From a virus: a stretch of 64,000 nt of DNA. Positions 17,556 through 27,933 of the stretch are shown here, one piece after another (within the stretch, counting starts at the first letter, position 1; every line of letters starts with the position of its first letter). The notes beneath the pieces were generated by a model. It saw nothing but the letters and a program-made list of their open reading frames with translations. It made no database searches and was not told the DNA's origin. Where the stretch lies: IMG/VR virus record IMGVR_UViG_3300007513_000005; one strand, 5' to 3'. A program made the translations under genes and the position numbers.

Positions 17556-18803
17556 TTAATAATCTAACCTTACTCTTAGTGTAAGTTCGTTTGAGGGATC
17601 CTTTTTGAGGGGCTCTGAGAGTTTCGCCGTTGCCATAAGTTCATTGTCTGGAGAATATAACCCAATTGACGTGACATATGCAACTGGAGAATCACTCGGT
17701 ACATCTTTCACTCTGATCTTTGATGCACTGAGATAGGTTGGGTTGGCACTATAATTAAACTCATTGTGATTTGCTCTACAGAAATAAACAGTTGAGTTAA
17801 GTTCCGTTGTATTGTTGAAAGAAACATTGTGAATTCTTCTTCGAATTCCATTTGCAATATGCTCAATCTTAGACCCCGTAAGCATCTGACTGATACTTGC
17901 ACTAAAGGCAGAATGTCCATCTGCACCATACTGCTTGAACCCATCACTATGTACACCATTGATACTCATAGAAACTGAAGTCATCAACATTCCCGTATCA
18001 TTCGCAGTATCGTCGCCATCTGCGCCAGCAAGAACCGAAGCAGTTAATACTGCTACGCCTGCTTGGTAAAAAATGAGACCTGCATGCTTTCCGATAGAAA
18101 GACTTCCAGTTACTCTACCTGTAATATCCTGCCCACCATCGGCAGACCCAATTGACGCTGAAAGAATGCCATATTCGCCAGCTGGTGAATTAATTCTGTA
18201 GTCATTTTGTGCGTTAGTATCCTTAAGAGTGAGGATGTTTCTGACTCTGGATCTCAGACCCTTGTTAACCATAACTGGGTCAACCCCAAGATCTAGTTGA
18301 AAACTACCCTTCTTAATCTCGTCTTTCACAAGAAGTCTAGAGAAGTTAATAAATATAACCTCTCTCATTTTACCAAATGCGTCTGCAGTATCCTTGGGGT
18401 TTGCTACATTGCCATCATTGTCGAAGTCTCTGATGTTGCCAGATGTGTCGTGCCCCATTAGAACCTGAGCCATCTGGTTATACATAGCAATCTTCTTTTC
18501 TTGTTGCTTATAGTTCGTCCCTGCAGATGCGACACCAACGTTCCCTGAAAGTCCACTCCTAGAAGAGAACCCAACGGAAATATCAAAAATGTGATTAGCA
18601 GAAGAACTTAGGTAAGGATAGTCATAAATAGACTGAAACATTCCATGTGAATAATTCTTAATATTCAACTCCGTTCCGCCGCCGATGTCTCCTCCGTTAT
18701 ATGTACCTGATACGATTGCACCAGTAATTGGAATTGCCTCATGAAGCAAGGTCTTTGTTGTTGTGATGTCATTATTCAAAAATGTTTTAAATGTAGTTGC
18801 CAT
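17556..18803 (-). CDS. Putative baseplate/tail structural protein (paralog of 16230..17543)
   Basis: Shares IKKGS, G..(L/F)Y..G..(A/V)LT.S, NS(T/A)NPT and C-terminal YVTSIGLYSPDNELMATAKLSEPLKK..LTLRVRLDY with its neighbour. Confidence 0.6.
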   Translation of the reverse strand: MATTFKTFLNNDITTTKTLLHEAIPITGAIVSGTYNGGDIGGGTELNIKNYSHGMFQSIYDYPYLSSSANHIFDISVGFSSRSGLSGNVGVASAGTNYKQQEKKIAMYNQMAQVLMGHDTSGNIRDFDNDGNVANPKDTADAFGKMREVIFINFSRLLVKDEIKKGSFQLDLGVDPVMVNKGLRSRVRNILTLKDTNAQNDYRINSPAGEYGILSASIGSADGGQDITGRVTGSLSIGKHAGLIFYQAGVAVLTASVLAGADGDDTANDTGMLMTSVSMSINGVHSDGFKQYGADGHSAFSASISQMLTGSKIEHIANGIRRRIHNVSFNNTTELNSTVYFCRANHNEFNYSANPTYLSASKIRVKDVPSDSPVAYVTSIGLYSPDNELMATAKLSEPLKKDPSNELTLRVRLDY

Positions 18804-18812
18804 GTTTTATCC

Positions 18813-19838
18813 TTACGCCTTCCTAATATACCTAATCGGAATGTCAAGCGAAACACCCGTGGTTGCAGAAGTAATCTTAATAATTGTATCAATCATATTA
18901 AATGAGGTCGAGTCAGACGTAAATCCTGCCTGAGCAGATCCCAAAATTGTTGATCCTAACTTTTCAAACAAATACGAAGAAGCCCTCAAGTTAACGCTTG
19001 GTTCAATCTTGAAGTGCAACAAGGTATCTCTTGGACCGTTAATGTTGTGTATAGACAAGTCACCATCGGTCGATCCAGCGTTTGTCTTAGGAAGACTATC
19101 AACACTAAGTGGTGCACCGTTCGTGTTTTTTGATATTACGATCGGACTACCCTGACCTGATACTGTATTTTCACTAATATAATATGAAGCGATTTGATCA
19201 TCATCTATAAATGACACTGGTACCTGGTCCGCATTTGCTGTTACCAGGGATCCAAGTCTGTGATCCATTTCTATAATAAATTGCGTTTCCTGCAAAGTTG
19301 CTGGCATATTGACAGCGGGTGCAATCTCAGTGGTATCCAACCCTCTCTCCACAATGCAGGAAATATCAGTGTTTCTAATTTTTTCCGATGAACGACCTGT
19401 AATGACGCCAGTGTTGGACAGACTAGTGTCTAACTTATCTTCTGTGTTCTTGTCAACCGTTATGACAAAACCACCAGTTGTTGTGTTTGTTGCGCTTGCA
19501 TCGACAACCGTAGTATTGATTGTAGAACTAGCGTTGCCTCCGTTGAGTAACTTCAACACAGGAAGATACAAAATATTCGTTCTGGTGATTGTAATTAATT
19601 TGCTCTTCATTGTAGAGGTGTTGTTTGTAAACGCCTCCAATAGTGGAGTCCTTAAGACTTCCAAATCATAATATGCAGAACCACTAGGGTGATTCTTGTT
19701 ATATAATGAGTAATCGATCTCGTCGTCTCCGAGGGCAAACTTGGAAATTCTAAAATCTCCGCGTGCCATTCTAAAGCGACCAGTGTCTGTCAATACGGCG
19801 TCTAAAATTATATCGCCAGAATTATCAAGAAATGCCAT
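18813..19838 (-). CDS. Putative baseplate/tail structural protein
   Basis: N-terminus MAFLDNSGDIILDAVLTDTGRFRMARGDFRISKFALGDDEIDY aligns with the N-terminus of 26876..27928. Confidence 0.6.
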   Translation of the reverse strand: MAFLDNSGDIILDAVLTDTGRFRMARGDFRISKFALGDDEIDYSLYNKNHPSGSAYYDLEVLRTPLLEAFTNNTSTMKSKLITITRTNILYLPVLKLLNGGNASSTINTTVVDASATNTTTGGFVITVDKNTEDKLDTSLSNTGVITGRSSEKIRNTDISCIVERGLDTTEIAPAVNMPATLQETQFIIEMDHRLGSLVTANADQVPVSFIDDDQIASYYISENTVSGQGSPIVISKNTNGAPLSVDSLPKTNAGSTDGDLSIHNINGPRDTLLHFKIEPSVNLRASSYLFEKLGSTILGSAQAGFTSDSTSFNMIDTIIKITSATTGVSLDIPIRYIRKA

Positions 19839-19865
19839 GTACTAAAACTCCTCAAACTTCACTTG

Positions 19866-19873
19866 TAAATAGA
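19866..19873 (-). promoter_or_regulatory. Putative late promoter motif TCTATTTA
   Basis: Intergenic, upstream of the GAGGAG SD and ATG 19838. Confidence 0.4.
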
Positions 19874-19875
19874 TT

Positions 19876-22800
19876 TTAACATATTAAATTCACTTTTTTA
19901 TTTTCTTGATCTTCAGACAATTTTAAGTTGAAAGTAACATCAATATCAATCTCTTTGCCAGTGTCCTTACTTCTAATTCTTATTTTAAACCTTTTCTTCC
20001 AAAGTTTTTCCTTTGTATTATCACCAATAAACGATTGAGAATCCAATCCCCGCTTCCAGTCTGAGAACTTTCCCGTGCCTAGATTTAGTGTTTTTTGGTC
20101 AAAATTTGGTCTCAACATTAAGAATTGCCTGACATCGATCGTTGATTGCTGTTTAGCTGTCTTTAATGCTTCGAGATCTGCTGCGTTCACTATTTTATGC
20201 GAAAGTCTAACTGCTTCGTTAATTTTAATTAATTCTATCTCGTGAATAAATCCTGGATTTGAAACCTTGTTGTGAATATCGATACATCTAAAGACGTAAT
20301 AATATTTCACATTTGGTGAAATTCTGTCTAAAAATGTTGCATTATCTGCAGTTGATTCAATCGTAGCAATTTTTTTATCATAAAAGGATCCAATTTTTTC
20401 TGGGTATTCATCTGTCCTGAATACTTGAAATGTTTTTGTCGGGTCATCTGATTTGTGCTTTATCATTTTTACATTTGCTGGATCATTCAGTAGTTGATCT
20501 TGCATCGACTCAAAGTCAAGATCCCCCTCGACGTCGATTAGTCCCTGACTAAGTGCCACATTGACATACCTCATTCTATCTTCTTCCTCAAGTATAACTG
20601 GGGGTGAAAGGTATTCTCCACCGTTTGGTCTCAACGTAAACATAATCTTATCTGAAACATTCTTAAACGGTATCACTTCAACGTCTGGAAATACAGGCGG
20701 ACTGTCTACAACCACTACTCTTTTCTGAGTTGTTGGAATAATCCCAATCCTTAAGCACGGTTGGTTTCTAATACCGAAGGGCATATCAAACTGGCCAGTA
20801 CTAGAATTCTCTTCTCTAGAGATCTCGTATGCTCTAGCAAAATTACTTACGCAATTATGGTATGTGTATCTATTGCCAACGATCGCTACAATCCTATTGA
20901 TTCTATATTCGTAAACCTCTCCATATTTGACCTGACTGTCTACAAATTTTTCAACTTCCCTGTCGTTATCAGACATTATGTAAAAATTAGATATGAGTTC
21001 TTCGTCCTTAAATTTTTGAATCATAAACCCCATAACCTCACTCTTGGCAGGCACACCATTCATGATCTGATCATAACTTCTCGCATGGTTGTTAACAAAA
21101 TTGCTTATCTTCATTTTCATTTTCAATAATCTAAATATCGTTGCGAATTTATCCACTGGACTTTGCTCAGGATCTTCTGTTGCTCTTTTAAAGAAAGATG
21201 CCCACCAATCAGAAATATCTATCATCCTTGTTTTCATTGGTATTGTATCAGAATGCCTTATGAGGTCTCCTGGTATTACCTCTGCTGTTTGATTTAAGGA
21301 TGTTTGTATTGCCTGATCGACATAACTTGCGAACGACTCTGATGATGGTCGATTCGAAAGAGTATTCATAAGATCGGTTATGATCACGTCTCCCCCGTCA
21401 GAGGTAAGGGCCGAAGCAACCTGAGATCTTTTTATTTTACCAAATTCCATCTCCACAAACATGGGATTCATATACCTTTGCTCGTACAAGTCATCTAGAG
21501 TCTCTCTGGGTATTGCTGAAAGGAGTATGTCTTTTTCCTCGTTTCCAGGATTCAGTCCGTAATATTCCGCCATATGCTCAACAAACGCTCTTTGAGACTC
21601 TGTTGACCCATCCATCATGTTTTGAATCAACCTGAACTGTTCATTTTGAAGTTCATAACTGGATATGTCAGAAGGTGTCGCATCAGATAGTATTGTCAGA
21701 TCGTAAAATCTATCAGCTGCTAATAGTCGACTGAACCTCACTTCATCGAAATCTTCTGGTAAGAAGGTCGATACCCCTTCCTTTCTAGAGTTCGAAAGCG
21801 CCTTCATCAGCGTTGCCCCCTGGTATGGTGATGGTAACTCCAACTCAGAAACCACTGGGGTTATTATGTTCTCATAGAGACAATCATAATATGAATATAC
21901 GGGTCTTATATCGAAATAAGCATCACTACCAACATCTACGAAGTCGGACTCCTCCTTCGTCAGGAGATCTGTTACGTTTGTTGAATAATCAACAAAAACC
22001 TTTTTGCCTGTGTAAACAACACCTTCTGCTGGTGCTACTGTAATCGGCTCGGTAGAGTTCTGTTGAAAGAACCTATTGTCTCCATAAAAAGGAATTACAG
22101 GAAACAAATTCAAACTCTTCCCTTCTGCCACCTCCCTGTAGTGGGGTACCGTATACATGTTTCGCCAGTGAAGTGGATTACCTACGGTTGTTGCTGACCT
22201 TCTAGCGTTTCTAATGAAGAGTTGATCAGGTCTGTCGCGCATTATTCCCATATCTTCCAATATTTGCTCTGGGACATGTCCATAAAAATAGTCCGACCAT
22301 TTCCAATTATCTCCGCGATTTGCTTCGCATTCGATAACATAAACCTCATTCTTTACCTTAAATCCTAAATTATTTCGTAGAGAGGGTTCGTTCTTTGCTT
22401 GATCGTAAAATCTCCACTTTGATGGGTCAGACGCTGGAACTGAATATAGTTTAGATTCATCCACCAAACTCAAGTACGCTCTCTTTTTTGCATCAAAATA
22501 GAACATGCCCCATTGATATCTTCCCAGCCCCTGCCTTCTGTTTATAAAATAAAGATCCGCACCCCTTGCGGCGTGATATGCCTTCGCATCATCAATGCTA
22601 GTATATTCATGTGGGCCGCTGACGTGACCTGCATTGAACCAAATCTTATCTGATACCCACCTTACATTATCAAAAACATCTAAATTACCATTTCCAACCT
22701 GTGGAAGAACGTTTGGAATATTACTAGGAAAAGAATATGGACGATAAAGCGGACTGAATGCCAGTAGTTCTTTTGGTTTTGATTTGAACTTTATCGTCTC

Positions 22801-23283
22801 TATGTCGATATTTTGAGTGCCTTCGCCCACTATTGTACCGTTTGAAAACACCCACGTACTTTTTTCTGCAGAGAATAAGTTAGTCACAACTGGTGTTAGC
22901 GTTAGGTCGTCCTCTAGGAGGATGTCGGTTCCTGGTAGTCCAGGTCTAATGTCTTCTCCCAATTCTCTTGCAATGTTTGCGGCCGTGGAGGCGCGGTTAG
23001 AGTGCTCATATCCCAAGATAGGGGCATGCTCTTCTATCATTTCTGCGACTTCCTCTGTGGTAACCTGTGTTCCTTCGTCAGTTATCATTGCAGCGTCAGC
23101 TTCGATCTGCGCTTGTGTCGTACCTGCAAGCAGATTCCCCGCTTCGGATATTGGTCCGCTGCTCGGCTGGACGAACCAAGGCGGCACGAGAGCATACCCC
23201 AAATTTTGAAGTCCAGGATCTACTTCCTCTTCTTCTTCCTCTTGCGCGATCTGTTCTGTAATTTCACATGTATCTTCTGCCAT
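19876..23283 (-). CDS. Large putative virion protein (1135 aa), possible FnIII/Ig-like repeats in the C-terminal half
   Basis: Long ORF in the baseplate module; FVDSQVKYGEVYEYRI and FLDRISPNVKYYYVFRCID are FnIII-like D......Y.Y strands. Confidence 0.55.
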   Translation of the reverse strand: MAEDTCEITEQIAQEEEEEEVDPGLQNLGYALVPPWFVQPSSGPISEAGNLLAGTTQAQIEADAAMITDEGTQVTTEEVAEMIEEHAPILGYEHSNRASTAANIARELGEDIRPGLPGTDILLEDDLTLTPVVTNLFSAEKSTWVFSNGTIVGEGTQNIDIETIKFKSKPKELLAFSPLYRPYSFPSNIPNVLPQVGNGNLDVFDNVRWVSDKIWFNAGHVSGPHEYTSIDDAKAYHAARGADLYFINRRQGLGRYQWGMFYFDAKKRAYLSLVDESKLYSVPASDPSKWRFYDQAKNEPSLRNNLGFKVKNEVYVIECEANRGDNWKWSDYFYGHVPEQILEDMGIMRDRPDQLFIRNARRSATTVGNPLHWRNMYTVPHYREVAEGKSLNLFPVIPFYGDNRFFQQNSTEPITVAPAEGVVYTGKKVFVDYSTNVTDLLTKEESDFVDVGSDAYFDIRPVYSYYDCLYENIITPVVSELELPSPYQGATLMKALSNSRKEGVSTFLPEDFDEVRFSRLLAADRFYDLTILSDATPSDISSYELQNEQFRLIQNMMDGSTESQRAFVEHMAEYYGLNPGNEEKDILLSAIPRETLDDLYEQRYMNPMFVEMEFGKIKRSQVASALTSDGGDVIITDLMNTLSNRPSSESFASYVDQAIQTSLNQTAEVIPGDLIRHSDTIPMKTRMIDISDWWASFFKRATEDPEQSPVDKFATIFRLLKMKMKISNFVNNHARSYDQIMNGVPAKSEVMGFMIQKFKDEELISNFYIMSDNDREVEKFVDSQVKYGEVYEYRINRIVAIVGNRYTYHNCVSNFARAYEISREENSSTGQFDMPFGIRNQPCLRIGIIPTTQKRVVVVDSPPVFPDVEVIPFKNVSDKIMFTLRPNGGEYLSPPVILEEEDRMRYVNVALSQGLIDVEGDLDFESMQDQLLNDPANVKMIKHKSDDPTKTFQVFRTDEYPEKIGSFYDKKIATIESTADNATFLDRISPNVKYYYVFRCIDIHNKVSNPGFIHEIELIKINEAVRLSHKIVNAADLEALKTAKQQSTIDVRQFLMLRPNFDQKTLNLGTGKFSDWKRGLDSQSFIGDNTKEKLWKKRFKIRIRSKDTGKEIDIDVTFNLKLSEDQENKKVNLIC

Positions 23284-23319
23284 ATACTAAGTATTCCTTT
23301 TAATTATTATTTCTCATAC

Positions 23320-26300
23320 TCAAAACCTATATGCCGAGGTTGTGGGCCCAGAAGATCTGGCGGTACTTGCTGGGGCACGGTTGTATGATGTACTTCTCGG
23401 CGTTGCTGTTCTAACTCTCGACGTGGCGCGTGAACTTGCACTGGGTGCCCTAGAGACACGCTGTGTTGAAGTTGCTCTCGATGCCCTTGATGCAGTAGAC
23501 GCAGTGGTGCGCGTTGCTGTACGCACTGCTGGGGACGTCATAGTAGATCGCATATCGGATCTAGGCGCTGCCGAACTTCGTGTTTGCATGCCTGTTCTTG
23601 GTGATGGACCTCTCTTTGATCCCTTTACCTTAACTGCACCCACATCTACATTGGTTGAAATGCTCACTTGTTTTTGTAATTGTGGCGCAGCTGGGTTTGC
23701 CACTGGTGCTGGTGGCAACGGAAGAACTGTTGTCGGTAACGAAACTCGATCATTTCGAAAACTTCTGGCGGACTCTGCAAAAATTCTTCCAGTTGGAAAA
23801 TTTGGTGCTGAAGTCTGTGGGATTTGCGGTATTTCTTCAACGGGCACCTGTCGAATAAAGTTAAGCAACCCTGGGTACATCCCCTCCTCCCTATTAAATC
23901 TGCTATCTTCATTTACCACATCGTTGCCGTCGGGTCTGTTATCCATAAGTCCGCACGCGACGTTGGAACTGATGAACTCCTCAATACCAGTATCTGATAG
24001 AGTCCTGTTCGATTCTTCAAGTCCTTTAATTGAATTGGAGTATTTAAACGATGCATCGGCCATCTCTTCTGTTACTGAACTCATAAAATTAAAATAAACG
24101 TTATAAGATGGTATCGAAGAATTTTCGCCTGAATCGGATGCGTGGTGATTAGATTTATTCATAGCGCCAATGATACCATTTGCAGAAGGTGCGCCATACC
24201 TTTTCTGGTACATTTTGATTTCTTGTACAAAATTACTAATTAGCCTGCCTTGCTCTGGAGCAGCCAATATCGCTCGGCGTTTACGACGCTTTCTCTTCAT
24301 TTTTGGTCTTGAGGGTCCACGGCCGAGGCGTTTTGCTTCGTGATGAGATTTTGCTTCTTGTTGCCTTCTTAGGTCCTCTGCTTTCTCTCGGGCGCGAGCG
24401 GCTTGCTCTTCTCTATTCATCTCGTCTTCATCAAAAAACACTTCATCATCGCCGATAACAATAGACATTGGGGTAATTCGGTCCATTGCAGCACCAACTG
24501 CCCCTCCTGGAAAGAACTTTGCTCTCTCCCTATTCAACCTATCTTCATATGTTTCCTCGGAGACTTCAGGAATCCCCATACCTCTCTGTAGATCACCCTC
24601 TCCCCAAAATCTAAAAAACACCTTTTGAAGGGGATCCATTTCAATATAATTATCGCTCTCGATAGCTCTCTCTTCATCTGTTGAACCATCTGGATTTTCT
24701 TCCACATTAGAGAACCATCTTTGCATACTCAACGTATTATCTCCCCTCGCTGAATATCCACTTCCTTCGTTAGATAGTGAGAACTTATATCCAATATCAA
24801 AATAATCCTCCAGATCCATAACAAGATCCTGGTATGTTTTAATAAAAGATTGAATTGTTTCTGGTCTGGCGTTGGAAGGATTAATCATATTATACATTGC
24901 AGTGTTGGCTGCATCCATAGACATCCCTTCTCTAGACATCAACAGATCCTTTGGCCTAGCATTAATGCCAGCAAAGTTGCCCTCGTTCACAATACCTCTT
25001 TCGCCATCATTGCCCTGAACTGGATTTGAGAAATTGTACATACTAACTTCAGACTTTGCAAAAGCAACATCTATTAACTCTATATAATTACCAACATAAC
25101 CTTGAAGATTGTACTTTCTTCTTGCTCGTCTAACAAAATCAGTAACTAACAGTTTGGATACCGTATTGTAATTCCCTTGCTGCAATGTCTCCCCATATTG
25201 TGGAGGATCTCTAACTTCATCCATACCAACTGGTTGTGTTGGATCTGTTTTTCTAATCATCCTAGAATCAAAGACAGGAATTGAAGATTCTTGTAGGTAT
25301 AAATTTAATTCTTTTAAGTTTCTTCTTGCCGTTTGCAACAAGTTGATAAATCGATCTTTAGTTGGATCCTTTATTCTCAATTTAATTCCATACTGGAAAA
25401 CTGCACCTGTTCCAAGATAATCCGCCACCTGTCTGTCTTCTATGAAAAACTTCCTTTTTACTACCCCTGCCCACCCTGGAACTGCCAACTCTACTATCTT
25501 TGAATCGCGGTCTTCCTTGGTGACAATATTTCTTGCACTCACCCCACCTGTGGCTGCGGCGTTTTGCCCACTCGTAGCAACAACGAAATCCTCTTCTTCT
25601 ATCTGATCAAACGGGATTCTTGTGGGTGCTCCGAGTTTGTTATGTCCGATCAACCTCTTGGTGACCCTTCTCCTCAGTACCGTTATTTCCAAAATATCTA
25701 AGAGAGCAGGGTACCCCAGCATCACGTTTGTTGGGTTTGACTTAACCAGATCATAGTACCTAGTTTGTTCGTATATCGATGCCATGTCAATAATGAATTC
25801 TATATTGGCAACCTTTTCAATCCTATCAAAATCAACAACGACTTCTTCTACATCGAAAAAATCTTTATAATTCTTTTCTATCAAATCAAGAGAGGGGATT
25901 GAATCGTCAAATGTTTGAAACTCCGATGGCTGATAGTTCGTCTCCTTCAATCTCTCCATAGATCGAAAGTCCTGTATCTTCGTCAATGGCACCTGGTGAG
26001 TGGTCAGCGCTCTACTGGAGTCTCGATGAGACAATCCTGTCATGAGTGTACCGTTTCCCATACTATGAACAGGTCCATAATAAGGCACTTTCGTTATAGC
26101 GTCCTTATAGACTAGTGCTGTAGATTCTACGCGGTTGCCTCTGGTTATAACATCTGCAGTGATGTCGCCCGTCATGTAACCCAACCTTCTTACTTCTTCT
26201 GATGACAATTCATCCAGACTTAAAGAACTGAAGTCAAAATAAGTAAAACAAATCATCGAAAGGTTTTCACAACGTCCAAAAAAGAGATTTTCAACTTTAA

Positions 26301-26871
26301 AGGTGTGTTCGTATGGAATAATGTTTATCAGGTTATTGTTGATATCATACTCTTGGTACTGTGAGTTTCTAACCTCAAAACCCAAAGTATCGGGCCTGGC
26401 GTCTTTGATTTGAAGTACCACTTTTTCAGTTGTTCTGTTTAACAATTGTACTGTTTGTTGCAGGTAGTTCTCGAATGTCGGCATTATTGAAGGCAAATCC
26501 AACCGCCACCCAAACGCATTGAAAGATCTTATTGTATTCAACATGGTCTCAAATGCGGCATTATCACTAAACAGGAGTACAGCAACCTTCAAAGAAGACA
26601 GTATCTCGTCTTGTATTTGGTTTGGGTCCTCGTCTGGATTTTGATTGTTCGTTATAACGCCCAACCCCTCTTCGTTCAAAACGTCCCTAATTTGACAATC
26701 AACCGTTATTGCAGTTCCTGGACGGAACCTCCTGTCCTGAGATGCCCCCTCTGAAAGACCAGAAGCGAACCTGTTCGGTACCTTAGTATCCTCCAGTGTT
26801 ATTCTGCGAGTGTATATCTTTGGGAGAAATTGTCCCACAATATCATCAGAATTTCTAAATCTTTGTGTCAT
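23320..26871 (-). CDS. Large putative virion protein with basic, Arg/Ser/Thr/Ala-rich low-complexity C-terminus
   Basis: Start refined to ATG 26871 (MTQRF). Contains KMKRKRRKRR and a C-terminal run RTATRTTASTASRASRATST... Confidence 0.6.
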   Translation of the reverse strand: MTQRFRNSDDIVGQFLPKIYTRRITLEDTKVPNRFASGLSEGASQDRRFRPGTAITVDCQIRDVLNEEGLGVITNNQNPDEDPNQIQDEILSSLKVAVLLFSDNAAFETMLNTIRSFNAFGWRLDLPSIMPTFENYLQQTVQLLNRTTEKVVLQIKDARPDTLGFEVRNSQYQEYDINNNLINIIPYEHTFKVENLFFGRCENLSMICFTYFDFSSLSLDELSSEEVRRLGYMTGDITADVITRGNRVESTALVYKDAITKVPYYGPVHSMGNGTLMTGLSHRDSSRALTTHQVPLTKIQDFRSMERLKETNYQPSEFQTFDDSIPSLDLIEKNYKDFFDVEEVVVDFDRIEKVANIEFIIDMASIYEQTRYYDLVKSNPTNVMLGYPALLDILEITVLRRRVTKRLIGHNKLGAPTRIPFDQIEEEDFVVATSGQNAAATGGVSARNIVTKEDRDSKIVELAVPGWAGVVKRKFFIEDRQVADYLGTGAVFQYGIKLRIKDPTKDRFINLLQTARRNLKELNLYLQESSIPVFDSRMIRKTDPTQPVGMDEVRDPPQYGETLQQGNYNTVSKLLVTDFVRRARRKYNLQGYVGNYIELIDVAFAKSEVSMYNFSNPVQGNDGERGIVNEGNFAGINARPKDLLMSREGMSMDAANTAMYNMINPSNARPETIQSFIKTYQDLVMDLEDYFDIGYKFSLSNEGSGYSARGDNTLSMQRWFSNVEENPDGSTDEERAIESDNYIEMDPLQKVFFRFWGEGDLQRGMGIPEVSEETYEDRLNRERAKFFPGGAVGAAMDRITPMSIVIGDDEVFFDEDEMNREEQAARAREKAEDLRRQQEAKSHHEAKRLGRGPSRPKMKRKRRKRRAILAAPEQGRLISNFVQEIKMYQKRYGAPSANGIIGAMNKSNHHASDSGENSSIPSYNVYFNFMSSVTEEMADASFKYSNSIKGLEESNRTLSDTGIEEFISSNVACGLMDNRPDGNDVVNEDSRFNREEGMYPGLLNFIRQVPVEEIPQIPQTSAPNFPTGRIFAESARSFRNDRVSLPTTVLPLPPAPVANPAAPQLQKQVSISTNVDVGAVKVKGSKRGPSPRTGMQTRSSAAPRSDMRSTMTSPAVRTATRTTASTASRASRATSTQRVSRAPSASSRATSRVRTATPRSTSYNRAPASTARSSGPTTSAYRF

Positions 26872-26875
26872 TCTC

Positions 26876-27928
26876 CTATTCACACTCCCCACTTGTATCT
26901 GGACTCAGGGGTGGAAGTTCCAGCACAGATGTCTTAAATCTTCTTGCGTCTTCTATTCCCTGCTTTATTCCATTCTTTAGTTTATTTGGATTTGTTCCAA
27001 AAAAGTCCAAACCAAACTCATCTGCAACTTCTCTGTCGACGAGCAACTCGAAATATTGTTCAATATAATCCCTGGAAATGACACCTCTAGTATTTTTTGT
27101 GGTATAAATTCTCTTGAGAGATTCTACTTCTGCACTCCCTTGTTTATCTTTAACTTCTTTTGTTTCAACTTCAAAAAACTCTACTTCAAAGTTTTCCCGC
27201 TTGTAATCTGTAGCGCGCTCGATCAAACTAAGGACAAGAGCATTGTCCTCCACGGAAAGTCTCATATTGTCTGTAAACACTATCTCATCCTCGATTCCGC
27301 TATAGGTTACTCTGAACTCTTCGGGCGGTAGTGCATAGTCTGGGTCTGTTGATGGAATCGATTCTGCTTTCAGGTTATAATCCACTTCCATAGTAAGTAC
27401 GGGTCTTTTTATTCCCACGTTGGGCGATGAGGAACTCACATTAAATTGCGTCATCGTACCATCCATTATGCTTTCCACATCCCAAGACGGGACAATCTGC
27501 TCGCCAAGGAGAGAGTTGCCGATCATGTTTCTTACGAGATTTCTATCATCAGCACCCATTTTCTCTTCGGTCAGGAAATCATTACCGTACAGTTCGCCAG
27601 CTGGCAGTTCCTCGATCCGTCCCGTTTTGCGAGCTTGCCATCCGAGACCCCTCTGTTTGTTAATTTCATGCCCATTCAAAGTAAGGATCCTAGTTTCTAC
27701 ACCATCATGCTCATAGTGAGTTCTTACTCTTTGTGTTTCTTTTTGAATTCTTGTCGATGTCTCTTTTGCTTTTTCAGGCTCGACTCCAGCGTACTCTACA
27801 TTGTATAATATTTCATCGTCGGAAAAAACATAATATACTGGTTTGAATTTACCTTTTGCTAGCAGGTACTTTCCTAATTGAGTTAGTTCTATATCTAATA
27901 CATCTTCCTTCTTATTAAAAAACGACAC
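26876..27928 (-). CDS. Putative baseplate protein (N-terminal paralog of 18813..19838)
   Basis: GTG start with upstream GGAG; begins MSFFNKKEDVLDIELTQLGKYLLAKGKFKPVYYVFSDDEILY. Confidence 0.6.
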   Translation of the reverse strand: MSFFNKKEDVLDIELTQLGKYLLAKGKFKPVYYVFSDDEILYNVEYAGVEPEKAKETSTRIQKETQRVRTHYEHDGVETRILTLNGHEINKQRGLGWQARKTGRIEELPAGELYGNDFLTEEKMGADDRNLVRNMIGNSLLGEQIVPSWDVESIMDGTMTQFNVSSSSPNVGIKRPVLTMEVDYNLKAESIPSTDPDYALPPEEFRVTYSGIEDEIVFTDNMRLSVEDNALVLSLIERATDYKRENFEVEFFEVETKEVKDKQGSAEVESLKRIYTTKNTRGVISRDYIEQYFELLVDREVADEFGLDFFGTNPNKLKNGIKQGIEDARRFKTSVLELPPLSPDTSGECE

Positions 27929-27933
27929 TCTTA

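Noticed and set aside
23342-24097. 251-aa plus-strand ORF
   Set aside because: Lies wholly antisense to the low-complexity tail of the 1190-aa gene; its composition mirrors that frame, it has no motif, and all real genes here are on the minus strand.
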